64,000 nucleotides of DNA, taken from the NCBI GenBank assembly GCA_963662465.1, contig OY759599.1, positions 4,448,001 to 4,512,000 of the forward strand, written 5' to 3'. A model generated the notes under the pieces. The model did no database searches, was not told the origin of the DNA, and was given only the letters and a program-made list of their open reading frames with translations. Of the stretch, positions 45,401 through 55,686 are shown in pieces. The stretch's first letter is position 1. Every line of letters begins with the position of its first letter. A program made the translations under genes and the position numbers. The stretch is from Desulfatiglandales bacterium (GTDB lineage: Bacteria; Desulfobacterota; DSM-4660; Desulfatiglandales; Desulfatiglandaceae).

Positions 45401-45862
45401 AACTGGGCAAAGCGAATTGACTCCGACCTCAACTGCATAACTATACTCAGAGAGCGCTTCCCACTCATTTTTAATATCGTCTCCTGTTGGATTCAAAGTG
45501 AAGCTTTCTATTCCCCCACTTCCCTCTGGACCCGTGAATTCAGCTGTAACGGTTATCGTTATCTGAGGTCCTTTATCCGGGTCCTGTCCAAGTTCTCCGG
45601 GCTCAAAGGTCATTATGTGGTTATAAATATGCGCGCCTCCATAATTAATATCCGAAGACCAGTAGTGACTGGTGTCGGGCGTGACCTCAACAGTCAGGCT
45701 AACGTATCTGCCTTCTCCGCCTTCTAGGGTGTAGGTCAGAGCGCAAACAGCCTCAGGACGGAATAAAAAACACCCCTGTACAATGAAAAGAAGAAGAATG
45801 GAAATTAAGAATAGCGAAAAGACTTTTTCTGTTTGAGCATCGATCAACGGGTATGGTTTCAT
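42452..45862 (-). CDS. Large secreted protein with fibronectin type III-like repeats, Calx-beta-like domain and conserved C-terminal domain
   Basis: Hydrophobic N-terminal signal; LRW...GY.LERS...YWYRVRS repeats; C-terminal YVSSNGDCGTKTPCYRKIQDAID. Confidence 0.8.
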   Translation of the reverse strand: MKPYPLIDAQTEKVFSLFLISILLLFIVQGCFLFRPEAVCALTYTLEGGEGRYVSLTVEVTPDTSHYWSSDINYGGAHIYNHIMTFEPGELGQDPDKGPQITITVTAEFTGPEGSGGIESFTLNPTGDDIKNEWEALSEYSYAVEVGVNSLCPVAPDPSKPWVHKYTFKLNINGLVNYTDYSHPNQDPNKSATFDDHLIMGEQLMVYAGTVPSSYDKDQQLSISVKEIDGFGNDGLNVKYKDVSNFSATIDDAGPFYFAFTDWGPNFKNAHFNMTALLTSDTDTYGNINGEIKISAKDGNKSGNLGTFVSLPFARATRVNPVVKLMSRVNGFIDPRELEVNEKLFPGDALEVIGGPLSVRFCNGQSVGVPDSQWGTRIVLGKIEGGIVLERSSIFFKLKNLAYNVQNDPRGYGKVVLIDGLSEAIANVVAPGSGSVANWVFNKAAENGTNYILKKVGDSRAPQNALLRSADADTSSLSNQESYTVVNLFPDDKILVTPVKGMVSLDAGGTAQATLPEGSSTVGDMARSDAYISTPGTEGYTINNLWMGLSARWSPADGSEIHTRTPDLWLSYDSPLYTTDCPINRDYLEIRLNGTLITNHGEIGNNTVEVPVPESLAFHAGSNLLEGFLMEANRSVRHQISATLNVAEDAFAAPPDRIEALAYSAAKKTVLRWSPSNYPDIAGYDLERSESENGPFVLIGQQRYPQPVWLDDWTGETPTAPYWYRVRSVYTGGEISDWSNSIQMVEATREYGLPLVTPANLQLQAEYQGIRVLFDDSWPATVFWKLERSEASGGLWEDLLNGQYLCQSGYLDKKVTAGKQYWYRLAAYSILGDSAAPVYAGPALYDGKPAPPTGLTCYQDGNSVELRWDPPQSNTLSGFRIYRDAGSGFQFLNTVNAGTFIYKDWISEAGEYRWMVKSVNTNGIESQEGVQSKGYRWIKEGPAGTVNLGTPVEQVNNGNRSVSVPVNRVQGSSGAVFVTITMNIESNTGTEIVSRYAGTVVLENGETEKVVTIPVEDGYHFYQIYVSGVFGAETNPTYSGTFYVSSNGDCGTKTPCYRKIQDAIDDAVTGSVIKVKGGTYEESLSASGGRSILIKGGYDSNEYDHQAPNMTIIDAPGPTTIKASSGSLKSEMINVK

Positions 45863-46752
45863 AATCCGATATATCCCCTCTGTTTGACTTTAGGCTACGC
45901 CTGTAAAAGTTATAATTACCTTGCCTCCTGAGGGGCAAACTTGAGTTGTCCGTATTGGCTTATTAATATTGTGGAGCTTCTGACCCTTGCGCCTCAGTTT
46001 CTTGGTATTTTACATATTTGCGTTTCATTTCTGTATCCAAACCAACAGCAACAACACACTATCTTCTAGCCCAATTAATTTCGGCAATAGGGTGCTACGC
46101 AAATTTTTCGTCCAGATGGTTGAAGCCGGCACATCTAGCAGGAAATTTTCAAGGAAAATTGGGCAATCCAGAGACTGCTGCCTCGAACACAAGCTGATCG
46201 GCTGAGTTAACGGCATTCTGACGAGGAATGGAATCACGAAACTTATTCAGGGGGGGACGAGTAAAGTTCTTTAGCTTTGGAAAGTTTGAGGTGAATGGAT
46301 TTGCAGATATACTGATGAAAGATATAAAACGATCAGTCGAAAAAACTTGGCAGGAATTTAACAACAAAAATATTTGATTGAAAGAATTATTGTCTTCGTG
46401 ATCAGGATAAGCAAAGCCAATAGTGACAATGGAAAATATGGGTATAAAAAAAAGTATTACCCGTTTATGACTAATATTCATTGTAAATTTCTATTTGAGA
46501 TGGATGAGACATAGGTTATCAGATTTTGGTTATAGATAATTATCTATTTCAGTCAAGGAGTTGTGTTGTATGTATTATGTTAATTAATCCAGGGTAACGC
46601 CTCGGCTGTGCCGGAGGTACAGTGAATTGATTTGCAAAAATTTTATCTTTCCGAAATCCAAACATTTGGGCATTTGGACACGCCCGGAACCTGCCGCATG
46701 CCTTACTTATCCTTAAGACCCAGCAGATCACAAAAGCATGGATGAAGTTCTT

Positions 46753-47150
46753 ATCACCCCTACATACAGAGGTCAATCAATTTGCCAACAAATCGTTTGC
46801 GGTCGGGGTTACGTGTATCATCTTTCACCGCAACGCCAAGAAAATCGTTCAAGGCTGACAGATCAATCTTACACTATTTCCCCATGAAATCAAACGAATG
46901 CTGCATATAGGAAGTCTTCACTTTTCGATTAACAGTCTGAAAAGGGCGCGACCACAATATGTAGTGGCATTGGGTAATAAGAGAAATGGCAAATTCAATC
47001 TTTACTCGGATGAGATATTGAACTCATATCACAACGTGGTCTTTGGTTGTGGTACGTTGGAGTAACCTGTAGGTCTTGCGTGATCCAAAACATGCATCTC
47101 TGGAACCTCAGTTTACCCCGTTCCCGATGATGATATCTCAAGTATCCGGC
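46753..47150. repeat. Conserved intergenic module, segments I+II+III (degenerate)
   Basis: ttacgtgtatca...gctgacagatcaatcttacac (I); ttcacttttcgattaacagtctgaaaagg...catatcacaac (II); tacgttggag...gatgatgatatc (III). Confidence 0.8.
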
Positions 47151-47184
47151 TTCCAAAAATTGGATCAAACGGATGTGCCAAGAA

Positions 47185-50100
47185 TTACTTCACGGTCAAC
47201 GTACTCCCATCCATCTTCCAGTATAACCCTGATGGGTCATAGGGATTGGAATAGAATTTCAGGGTGAATCCATATTGATTGCCATTGTACGAAACACAGT
47301 CCAAGGGGATACTCAGGTCTGTGCCAATTGGTATGCAATAAGTACCCGTTCCTGTCGTCAATGTTCCCATGACCAACTTCCAATAGTAGCCGGAGGGGTC
47401 ATCGGGATGGCGGTAGAAATCAAGCATAAAGCCGTATGGATTTCCATTATAATCGACACAATGAACATTGATGCCTAAACCAGCGCCAACTGCAAGACAA
47501 TCTGTATTTCCAGGTACAGTAACCGATGTTTGGTACGGTAGCGATAGAATCCCTTTGCGATCACGGGCAAAGACAGCTACGTTGTAAATCCCCTGAGTAG
47601 TAAATCCGTTATAAGTGCCACTGTAGCAGTCGTTTCCAACGGCAATCAAGTTGATCGTTGGCAGATCAGTTACGGGATTATCGGGAGACCCACTGGAATA
47701 GTTGGGGGCTTTGATGACTGCAAATACTTCCTGAATGCCATCCGCATCCACTACGTTTTTGGCTTGGATAAATGCGGATGTTTCACCTCCTAAAAGTGTT
47801 TGAGGCGCAGATACATCCTGAATGCTAGGAATATCACCTGCTGTTTTGGTTTCATTGCCAATCTTGATGATGTTAGCAATCTCTTGATCCGCCTTTTCGT
47901 TTCCCACGCCGTTAGCGTTGGCCTCAAGCAGTGGATTTTGTTTGTCGTTGTAGGTGGTCTTGACGCAGTTTTTGGCGATGACGAAGGAATCGTAGAAGGT
48001 GCTGCCGTTAAACAGCTGAGCGAAAAACTGGAAACCAAAGGATAAACTCCCGTCCACTTCAAAAATAGCGGGTTCATTTGGGGATGTGCTCGTGGCCAAG
48101 ATTCTCGTTTTTCCGGCGGGGGGAAGCAAATAGGAGACAAAGCTGCCGGAATGGCACCCATCGTAAAGGATGGTGATGAAATCAGTGATGCTTTGCTGTG
48201 CGGAATCCAGCCAGGAATCCAGAAGCGATGCCTCCAGCATTTCATATTCCCCCATACGAAATGTCCCTTCGCCCCCATGACCCACCATGTAAATAACCAG
48301 ACTGTCCGCATCAGACGCCCAGGTTTTAAGGGCGTACTCAAAATTAGCATTGGTTGCATCGCCATCAACGTCCGGGTAACCGTCGTTGTCCAGATCCACG
48401 TCCGTGTCGGAGGAGAGATAATATATGGTATCTCTTGTATAACCTTGGTATGAAAGTGCTCGGTAGGCATAGTTGGCACACATCTGAGTCGCATCCCAGA
48501 GGGTGTTGGTGGAGTATGGACCACTTCCGGCAACAATGATGGCTTTGTTGGTGGGGCCGGTAGTGAACGGTTTGAAAACCTTAACACGGTCGCAACCGGG
48601 ATCCGAAAAATTCAACTTGCCTTGCGAGTTTATAGCAAAATTATAGGACAGACCTAAATCTCCAGGCCCCTGACCTTCTGACCAGAGAAACTTTGAAATG
48701 AAGGTTCCATCAGATGAGAATACCTGCATACGTCTGAGGCTGAATTGGTCGTCCATGCCTATTAATTCAGGACAAAGCATATCCAAAACATAGATGCCCC
48801 CCGCGTTACCGATTGCAATATCCTTAACCTCTAGAAATTTCCCATCCCCAGCACCAAAGCTACCCCATTTGCTGATAAACTCCCCGGACGAAGTGAATTT
48901 TTGAATGCGAAAATTATTGGGATCTGTCACATAGACATTGTCTTCCGCGTCTAAAGCTATGGCGGCGCCGTGGACATCAAAGGCGAATTGACCGTCACCA
49001 GTTCCCGTACCTCCCCATTCGGTGACAAACTCTCCTGACGATGTAAACTTTATAATCCGTTCGTTCGAGCTAAATATATATACATTTCCAACGCTATCTG
49101 TTGCTATGGAACTTGCGTAAAAGGCGCCAATATCGGCCTGGTCCAACTTAAGAGACTCTCCTGACGATGTAAACTTTTGGATGCATCCGCTTGCCGCATA
49201 GACATTTCCAAAAACATCTATTGCTAGATCAAGAGGGTAATCGCCGCTAATGCTCCATTTAAGCAGGAACTTCCCTGAAGGCGTGAATTTTTGTACACGG
49301 CTATTTCCATATCCATAGTCAGCTACATAGACATTGTCAGCATTGTCTATTGCTATGCCAAGAGGATAATCAAATTGGCCATCTTCGATGCCTGCACTAG
49401 CCCACTTTGTCAAAAAATCACCTGTTGATGAGAACTTTTGGATTCGACTGTTCCCGAATTCAGCCACATAAACGTTTCCGGTATCATCTGTAGCCAAGCC
49501 CATGGCCCAATAAAATTCACCATCTCCGAAACCACCGCTCCCCCATTTGGTTATAAACTCTCCAGTGGATGTGAATTTTTGAATAAAGGACTCCTGAGAT
49601 ACATAAATGTTTCCCTCATTGTCTATTGCTATGCCCTTTACGTTATTGAGTTCGCCATCACCATAACCAAAGTTGCCCCATTTGGTAATAAATTCCCCGT
49701 TGGATGAAAATTTCTGTATTCGGGGGTTTATGGAATTGAGTGCAGATACATACCCATTATCAGCTACATACACATTGTTTTCATACATACCATTTGGTAA
49801 TAAATTCCCCGTTGGATGAAAATTTCATTCGGGGGTTTATGGAATTTGCAGATACATCATTATCAGCTACATACACATTGTTTTCAGCATCTACGGCAAT
49901 GCCCCACGGAGAACAGAATTCTCCGTCTCCGCTCCCTTCACTTCCCCATTTCGTGATAAAATCCCCTGAGGACGTAAATTTCTGGATGCGGTCGTTTCCG
50001 GCGTCGGCAACATACACGTTGCCCATATTATCTATAGCTATGGACTGAGGATAATCGAATTCCCCGTCACCGGTTCCATAACTGCCCCATTTGTTGATGA

Positions 50101-50374
50101 AAGTGCCCGATAGTGTAAATTTTTGGATACACTCATTATAAGTGTCCGCAACATAAACATTTCCAGAAGCATCTATCTCGACATCGCTGGGATTCTGAAA
50201 ATACCATGGCTGCTCCAGCACCGGCCACATCCGCTCAAATACGTATTCTTCCGCTGCTGAATTGCTAACAGAAATGATGCTTAGAAGCAGAAAACCCAAA
50301 AACAAGAAAACTGTGGATTGTCGATGATTGTTTCCGTATTTCATTCTTCCATCCGTGAAAGTAGATTTTCTCAA
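47185..50374 (-). pseudogene. Secreted NHL-repeat protein with clan CD (C13/caspase-like) peptidase domain; frameshift near 49785
   Basis: ORF 49781-50374 (signal peptide, NHL) plus ORF 47185-49788 (NHL, YMVGHG, YDGCHSGSF, two Cys-containing C-terminal repeats). Confidence 0.8.
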
Positions 50375-50835
50375 AATTACACCACCACATGGTGATTCGT
50401 CACAAAAAAATGAACCTAATTTTCGATTTCTGCATTATCATATACAAACCTTGAACAGGGTGAAGAGTCAACAATGCGAAGATTATGTGAGTCATTGATA
50501 TATCGACTTGCAATCACAAGCAAATCAGAACGGCAAGACCTTGTGAGCTGCCTTACACCCTTGGAAACAGCAGTTTCCTCGGACTAGAAAATATTTCAGC
50601 CGCCCCCTGCCTCACTTTCATGCCAAAAACCAAATATTATGGGAATCACAAAAGTTGAGATATCATAAAACTAGAACCCTGTGACTAACGCTGTAAGTTC
50701 TTCTGACACCTCAGGTTTGCCCGCAGTACAGGTTAATTGAGATAATCACCAGGATTCAACACCCTCAAAACCTTGTGATATCAATTACATATCTGTAAGT
50801 GTCCTCAGATTGCAGATTCTTAATCGAAAAATTTT

Positions 50836-50958
50836 ACCACCACAACATATGGGGGTCAACCCATTTTCCCACTATCCGGTCACAGAAAAAGGTTACGTGC
50901 ATCAATCCTCACCCCAACACCACCAAAATCGTGCAAGAATGCCAGATCAATCTTACAC
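50836..50958. repeat. Conserved intergenic module, segment I
   Basis: accacaacatatgggggtc...ttacgtgcatcaatcctcacccc...cagatcaatcttacac; homologous to 55091 and 46753. Confidence 0.85.
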
Positions 50959-51059
50959 CATCTGCTTCTGTAGGATAAAACATGATGCGGTAGATCGACA
51001 TTCCCCATGGGGTAAATCAAGTCGACCGCTGAAAATGTATGCAGTTTCCCTGCGAAATC

Positions 51060-51330
51060 CTAAACCGCCTCTTTCAGCTTCTTCCCTGCTTTAAATTTAA
51101 CGGCATTAGATGTCTTGATCTTGATCGGTTCTCCGGTACTCGGGTTTCGACCTTTCCGGGCTTTACTGTGGATTTTTGAGAATGTACCGAATCCAATCAC
51201 GGTTACTTTTCCATCCTTTTTCTTCAGCTCTTTCGTAATACTGTCGATAAATGAATTTAGCACCGCATTGGTAGCGGATTTGCTGATGTCTGCATCTTTA
51301 GCCATTTGCCCGACCAGTTCAGCTTTACCA
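51060..51330 (-). CDS. hup: HU family DNA-binding protein (start codon uncertain or lost)
   Basis: KAELV, GFGTF, ARKGRNPSTGEPIKI, KFKAGKKLKEAV. Confidence 0.85.
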
Positions 51331-51417
51331 ATATGTAATATGTAGTAATCTTGACCGCCAACAACCTGACTCAAATTGAATATTTAACTCAGAAGTTGTA
51401 ACTTTAACCAATAGGAT

Positions 51418-52305
51418 ATGTTGAGGTCAATTCATTTTTTATTAACCCTCAAAAAACGGGAGGTGCACTATGGAACTGTTGGAGGCCACGAATTTTTTTT
51501 TGATTATCAGAGAATGAATTCCAAAAAAAGCACATTGAAAAACTATGAGTTCGTTCTAACCAGATTCGAACACCATTTCGGCAACATTGAGTTGTCATCC
51601 GTAACCACAAAAAATGTCCTTTTTTTTCTCACAAAGATATCCAAAGAGACGAAGCAGTCAACTAAAAAACTCCGTTACTCCCTCCTGTCGACCTTTTTCA
51701 ATTTTATCAAGACCTCTTTCGACCCCAAAATTCAAAATCCTTGTGATTCCCCTACACTGAAGAACCTTTTCAAAGTCCAGAAACCGATCCATTGGAAGAT
51801 TTTGGAAAAAGACGTTGTGGATGAAATCATCTTCAGAACGGAAGACATCAGAAACCGTCTCATGCTCGAACTTATGGGACGTGGTGGCATGAGAGTAGGA
51901 GAAGTTCTGAAACTCACACCTGCTGACGTTGAAGACAGGAAGATATTCATCCGCGATCCCAAAAGCGGAAAAGAAATGGAGGTCGTTTTCATCCCCAAAA
52001 AAGTAGCTGACAGACTCAAGGAGTACATCCGAGAGAAAAGAATTCAGTCTGGTGAAAGAATTTTCCCTATAAGCTACTCCGCTGCGAGGATTGTTGTGAT
52101 GAAAGCCGGTAAGTTGGTTGGTGTCAGATTGAGGCCGCATGATCTGAGAAGGCATGCCGCAACTTTTGCCTCCCGGGCTGGAACTCCTTTGGAGATTGTC
52201 AGCAAGATCATCCTCCGCCATTCCAACCTGTCGACCACTCAAAGATATTTGGGAAAAGTCAGTGATATGGAGACCATGAGATGGATTGACAATATTCATG
52301 GATAA
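51418..52305 (+). CDS. Tyrosine recombinase/integrase (XerD-like)
   Basis: Catalytic residues GMRVGE, HDLRRH, LRHSN, TQRYL; the best RBS-ATG (51470) is out of frame across a T9 run. Confidence 0.9.
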   Translation: MLRSIHFLLTLKKREVHYGTVGGHEFFFDYQRMNSKKSTLKNYEFVLTRFEHHFGNIELSSVTTKNVLFFLTKISKETKQSTKKLRYSLLSTFFNFIKTSFDPKIQNPCDSPTLKNLFKVQKPIHWKILEKDVVDEIIFRTEDIRNRLMLELMGRGGMRVGEVLKLTPADVEDRKIFIRDPKSGKEMEVVFIPKKVADRLKEYIREKRIQSGERIFPISYSAARIVVMKAGKLVGVRLRPHDLRRHAATFASRAGTPLEIVSKIILRHSNLSTTQRYLGKVSDMETMRWIDNIHG

Positions 52306-52452
52306 AAGAGAAAAAGCCGGGTTGAGAGGCAAAACACCTCAGCCCGGAACCGTGAAGATTTGATCTGCCATCCTTTTCCATGCTGCACCAAAAAAAAGGG
52401 TCCCAGCCAGGTGCTTTCCCAGACCTCCGAGCTCCAGATCTGACAGCATATT

Positions 52453-52730
52453 CATATAGGTATTGTTCACTTTTGGATTAACAGCCTGAAAAGGACTCGA
52501 CCAGATGTAGTGGCATTGGATAATGAGAGAAATGGGAAATGCAATCTTGCTCGGATGTGATATGTGGTTCATATCACAACCCGGTAGTTGCCTGATATAC
52601 GTTGGAGATATACCCGGTCTTATGTCATCCAAAAAACTGTCAATTTCATGCGTCTCTCGACACTCCGAACAACCCCTCCCAATGATGATATCACAACCAT
52701 TCGACTGCGAGACATCTATGGTTGATATCA
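52453..52730. repeat. Conserved intergenic module, segments II+III
   Basis: catatagg..ttcacttttggattaacagcctgaaaagg...catatcacaac; atacgttggagatataccc...aatgatgatatcacaaccattcgactgcgaga. Confidence 0.85.
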
Positions 52731-54788
52731 TCTAACCACCAACGTGTTCATATCCATCTTCCAGTAGTACCCCGATGGGTCATAGGGGTTGGGGTAAAAC
52801 TGAAGCGTAAACCCATATTGTGTGCCGTTGTATGAAACACAATCCATGGGCATACTGAGGTCCGTTCCAATGGGTAAACAATATGAGCCTGTTCCAGTAG
52901 TCAAGGTGGGCATGACCAGTTTCCAATAAAAGCCAGAAAGATCGTCCGGATTGCGATAAAAATCGAAAACAAAGCCATACGAATTGCCGCTATATTCGGC
53001 ACAAGGGACATTGATACCTAAACTGGCACTGACAGATAGGCAATCCGTATCTACAGGCACGGTAACAGAAGTCTGATACGGTAAAGACAGGATTCCTTCT
53101 CCGTCACGGGCAAAAACCGTCACACTGTAGACCCCTTGAGAGGTAAACCCGTCATATGTGCCGCTGTAGCTGTTGTTTCCGACTGAAGTCAAAGTGATGG
53201 TAGGCAGATCGGTTACGGGGTTATCGGAAGAACCGCTGGAATAGTCCGGCGGTTTGATAACGGCAAAGACCTCTTGGATGCCATCTGCGTCAACAACATT
53301 CTGTGCATGGATAAATGCGGATGTGTCCCCTGCTGAAAGCGCCTGCGGTGCGGATACAGTCTGAATGCTGGGAATATCGGTCGCTGTTTTGGTCTCATTG
53401 CCGATCTTGATTGCATTTGCAATCTCTTGATCCGCCTTTTCATTTCCCACTCCGTTGCCGTTGGCCTCAAGCTGCGGATTTTGCTTATCCTCATAGGTGG
53501 CTTTGACGCAGTTCTTGGCGTCAACGAAAGATTTGTAGAAACTGGTGCCGTAAAACAGTTTGGAAAAAAACTGATACCCAAAAGATAGCTGGCCGTCCAC
53601 TTCAAAAATGGCGGGTTCATTGGGGGAGGTGCTCACCGCTACAATTCTCGTTTTGCCGGTCGGTGCAAGCAGATAAGACACAAAGCTTCCTGAACGACAA
53701 CCATCGTAAACCAGGGTCACGAATTCAGGAACACTTTCCTGCACAACATCCAGCCACGTGTCAAGCGCTGACGCTTCCAGAAGTTCGAATTCCCCCATCC
53801 GAAATGTGCCCTCACCTCCGTGGCCTACCATATAAATGAACAGACTGTCCGCATCGGCAGCCCAGGTTTTGATGGCGTACGCGAGATTGTCGTTGGTGGC
53901 ATCGCCATCCACGTCCGGGTATCCATCGTTGTTCAGATCCAGGTCGGTGCTGGCGGAAAGGTAGTAGATGTATTCTCCCGTGTACCCCTGGTAAGTCAGA
54001 GCACGGTGGGCATAGTTGGCGCACATTTGGGTTGCGTCCCAAAGTGTATTGGTGGCATATGGACCACTTCCGGCGATGATGATTGCCTTATTATTGAAGA
54101 CACTTGCATTCTCTTTCAAAACCTGTATGCGGTTATTGCCATTGTCAACAATGTATATTTTGCCATTGCCACTCACAGCAAGTCCAAATGGATTGTTCAC
54201 CAGCCCCGGATCGGATCCGAGTGCACACAATTCCGTTATAAACTGACCGGTGGAACTGAACTTCTGAATTCGGTCGTTACCATTGTCCGCCACATAGACG
54301 TTCCCTTCCGGGTCGATGGCAATTCCTCTAGGACTGTTAAACTGCCCATCGGCTGCGCCTTCACTTCCCCATTTAAGGATAAACTCACCCGAGGAACTGA
54401 ACTTCTGGATACGATCGTTATCAGTATCCGCCACATAGACGTTCCCTTCCGAGTCGATGGCGATTCCTTCAGGACTGTTAAACTGCCCATCGGCTGCGCC
54501 TTCACTTCCCCATTTAAGGATAAACTCACCCGAGGGACTGAACTTCTGAATTCGGTCGTTACCAGTATCCTCAACATAGAGGTTCCCTTCCGGGTCGATG
54601 GCAAAATCTAAAGGGCTACTAAAATACCACGGTTGATCCAGCACAGGCCACATGCGCTCAAAAACATATTTTTCCTCTGCTAACGATTTGGCAGGGAAAA
54701 TGGTCAAAAACACAAAACTCAATATCAAGGGAACAAAGATTTGACGCAAGTTAGACCGTTTCAATTCTTTCTCCTTTTCAGAATTCAT
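52728..54788 (-). CDS. Secreted NHL-repeat protein with clan CD (C13/caspase-like) peptidase domain, paralog 2
   Basis: Signal peptide, NHL repeats, YMVGHG, YDGCRSGSF, two C-terminal Cys repeats; C-terminal half closely similar to paralog 1. Confidence 0.85.
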   Translation of the reverse strand: MNSEKEKELKRSNLRQIFVPLILSFVFLTIFPAKSLAEEKYVFERMWPVLDQPWYFSSPLDFAIDPEGNLYVEDTGNDRIQKFSPSGEFILKWGSEGAADGQFNSPEGIAIDSEGNVYVADTDNDRIQKFSSSGEFILKWGSEGAADGQFNSPRGIAIDPEGNVYVADNGNDRIQKFSSTGQFITELCALGSDPGLVNNPFGLAVSGNGKIYIVDNGNNRIQVLKENASVFNNKAIIIAGSGPYATNTLWDATQMCANYAHRALTYQGYTGEYIYYLSASTDLDLNNDGYPDVDGDATNDNLAYAIKTWAADADSLFIYMVGHGGEGTFRMGEFELLEASALDTWLDVVQESVPEFVTLVYDGCRSGSFVSYLLAPTGKTRIVAVSTSPNEPAIFEVDGQLSFGYQFFSKLFYGTSFYKSFVDAKNCVKATYEDKQNPQLEANGNGVGNEKADQEIANAIKIGNETKTATDIPSIQTVSAPQALSAGDTSAFIHAQNVVDADGIQEVFAVIKPPDYSSGSSDNPVTDLPTITLTSVGNNSYSGTYDGFTSQGVYSVTVFARDGEGILSLPYQTSVTVPVDTDCLSVSASLGINVPCAEYSGNSYGFVFDFYRNPDDLSGFYWKLVMPTLTTGTGSYCLPIGTDLSMPMDCVSYNGTQYGFTLQFYPNPYDPSGYYWKMDMNTLVVR
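54240..54605. repeat. Near-identical 141-bp tandem repeats encoding NHL units
   Basis: aactgcccatcggctgcgccttcacttccccatttaaggataaactcacccgag recurs at 54340 and 54481. Confidence 0.9.
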
Positions 54789-55090
54789 TTACCAATCAAT
54801 ACACCGCACAGTATCTTTTCGTCACATTTGGAACAATCTCAATGTAAAACCCCTGCCGCTCTCTAACTCAAACTACCTGAACATAAGGATGTATCATCAG
54901 CCCAAAAAAACTGTGATATCATCAAATCCGAGGTCTTGAGTAAACGTTGAGATTGATCCCATCTCTCAGGGCCGGTCATGGTTGATATATATTGAGGTAT
55001 TCCCAAAAAATAGGCCCCCTCAAAATCTTGTGCTATGCTTCACATGTTCCTTCCTGCGCTTCAAACTCTGAAACCACTCTGGGAATTCTG

Positions 55091-55375
55091 ACAACCACAA
55101 CATATTGGGGTCCACCAATTTCCCGGCTATCCGCACCCAGAACAAGAGTACGTGCATCAATCTTCACCCCGACATCATCAAAATTGTGCGAGGCTGACAG
55201 AACAATCATTGAAGTCGAGCATGAGATATGTTGGAGGTATACCCAGTTAGTGTCACCCAAAAAACGGCAACTTTCATGCATCTACCAACCCTCACTCCGC
55301 CCCCTTCTCAATGATGATATCACAGGCATTCGGCTGGGAGGAATCGTTTGTGATATTATTCCGGTCGGAACCGTG
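55091..55375. repeat. Conserved intergenic module, segments I+III
   Basis: accacaacatattggggtc...tacgtgcatcaatcttcacccc...gctgacag, then gttggaggtatacccag...gatgatatcacaggcattcggctg. Confidence 0.85.
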
Positions 55376-55686
55376 GAATTGGCCTCATGAGATGTTTACA
55401 GCAGTTTGAATCATAATTTTGAGATTGGCTCATATCTGTAACTTTAAATCATTCCATATAGCTAAGTGATACCAACAATTTGCGCCTATCGCGGACGGGG
55501 AAATGTGGTCCTATTAGGGTTTACCTTTGCAACGGCTGTGGTGAAAAAGCGCCGTGCCGAATAGGGGTCCTCTGCTACAACCGGAAATATCGCAACCGCG
55601 GCGGCTCCATGACTCGGCAGCAGATAAGCGCTTACTTGAATCTGTCGGGTTCTCAAGACGCTGCCGTCAAACGATGATACAGCCCG

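Noticed and set aside
45987..46776. Short ORFs between the first two secreted-protein genes
   Set aside because: AT-rich, no recognisable motif and conflicting overlapping frames; not supportable as genes.
54240..54605. CRISPR array
   Set aside because: The 141-bp units are in-frame NHL coding repeats without unique spacers, and no cas genes are present.
42086..55390. Short ORFs over the repeated module (42086-42334, 47076-47267, 52339-52731, 52523-52735, 54992-55390, 55033-55281) as genes
   Set aside because: Frames, starts and stops are not conserved between copies and no family is recognisable; a long-decayed gene cannot be fully excluded.
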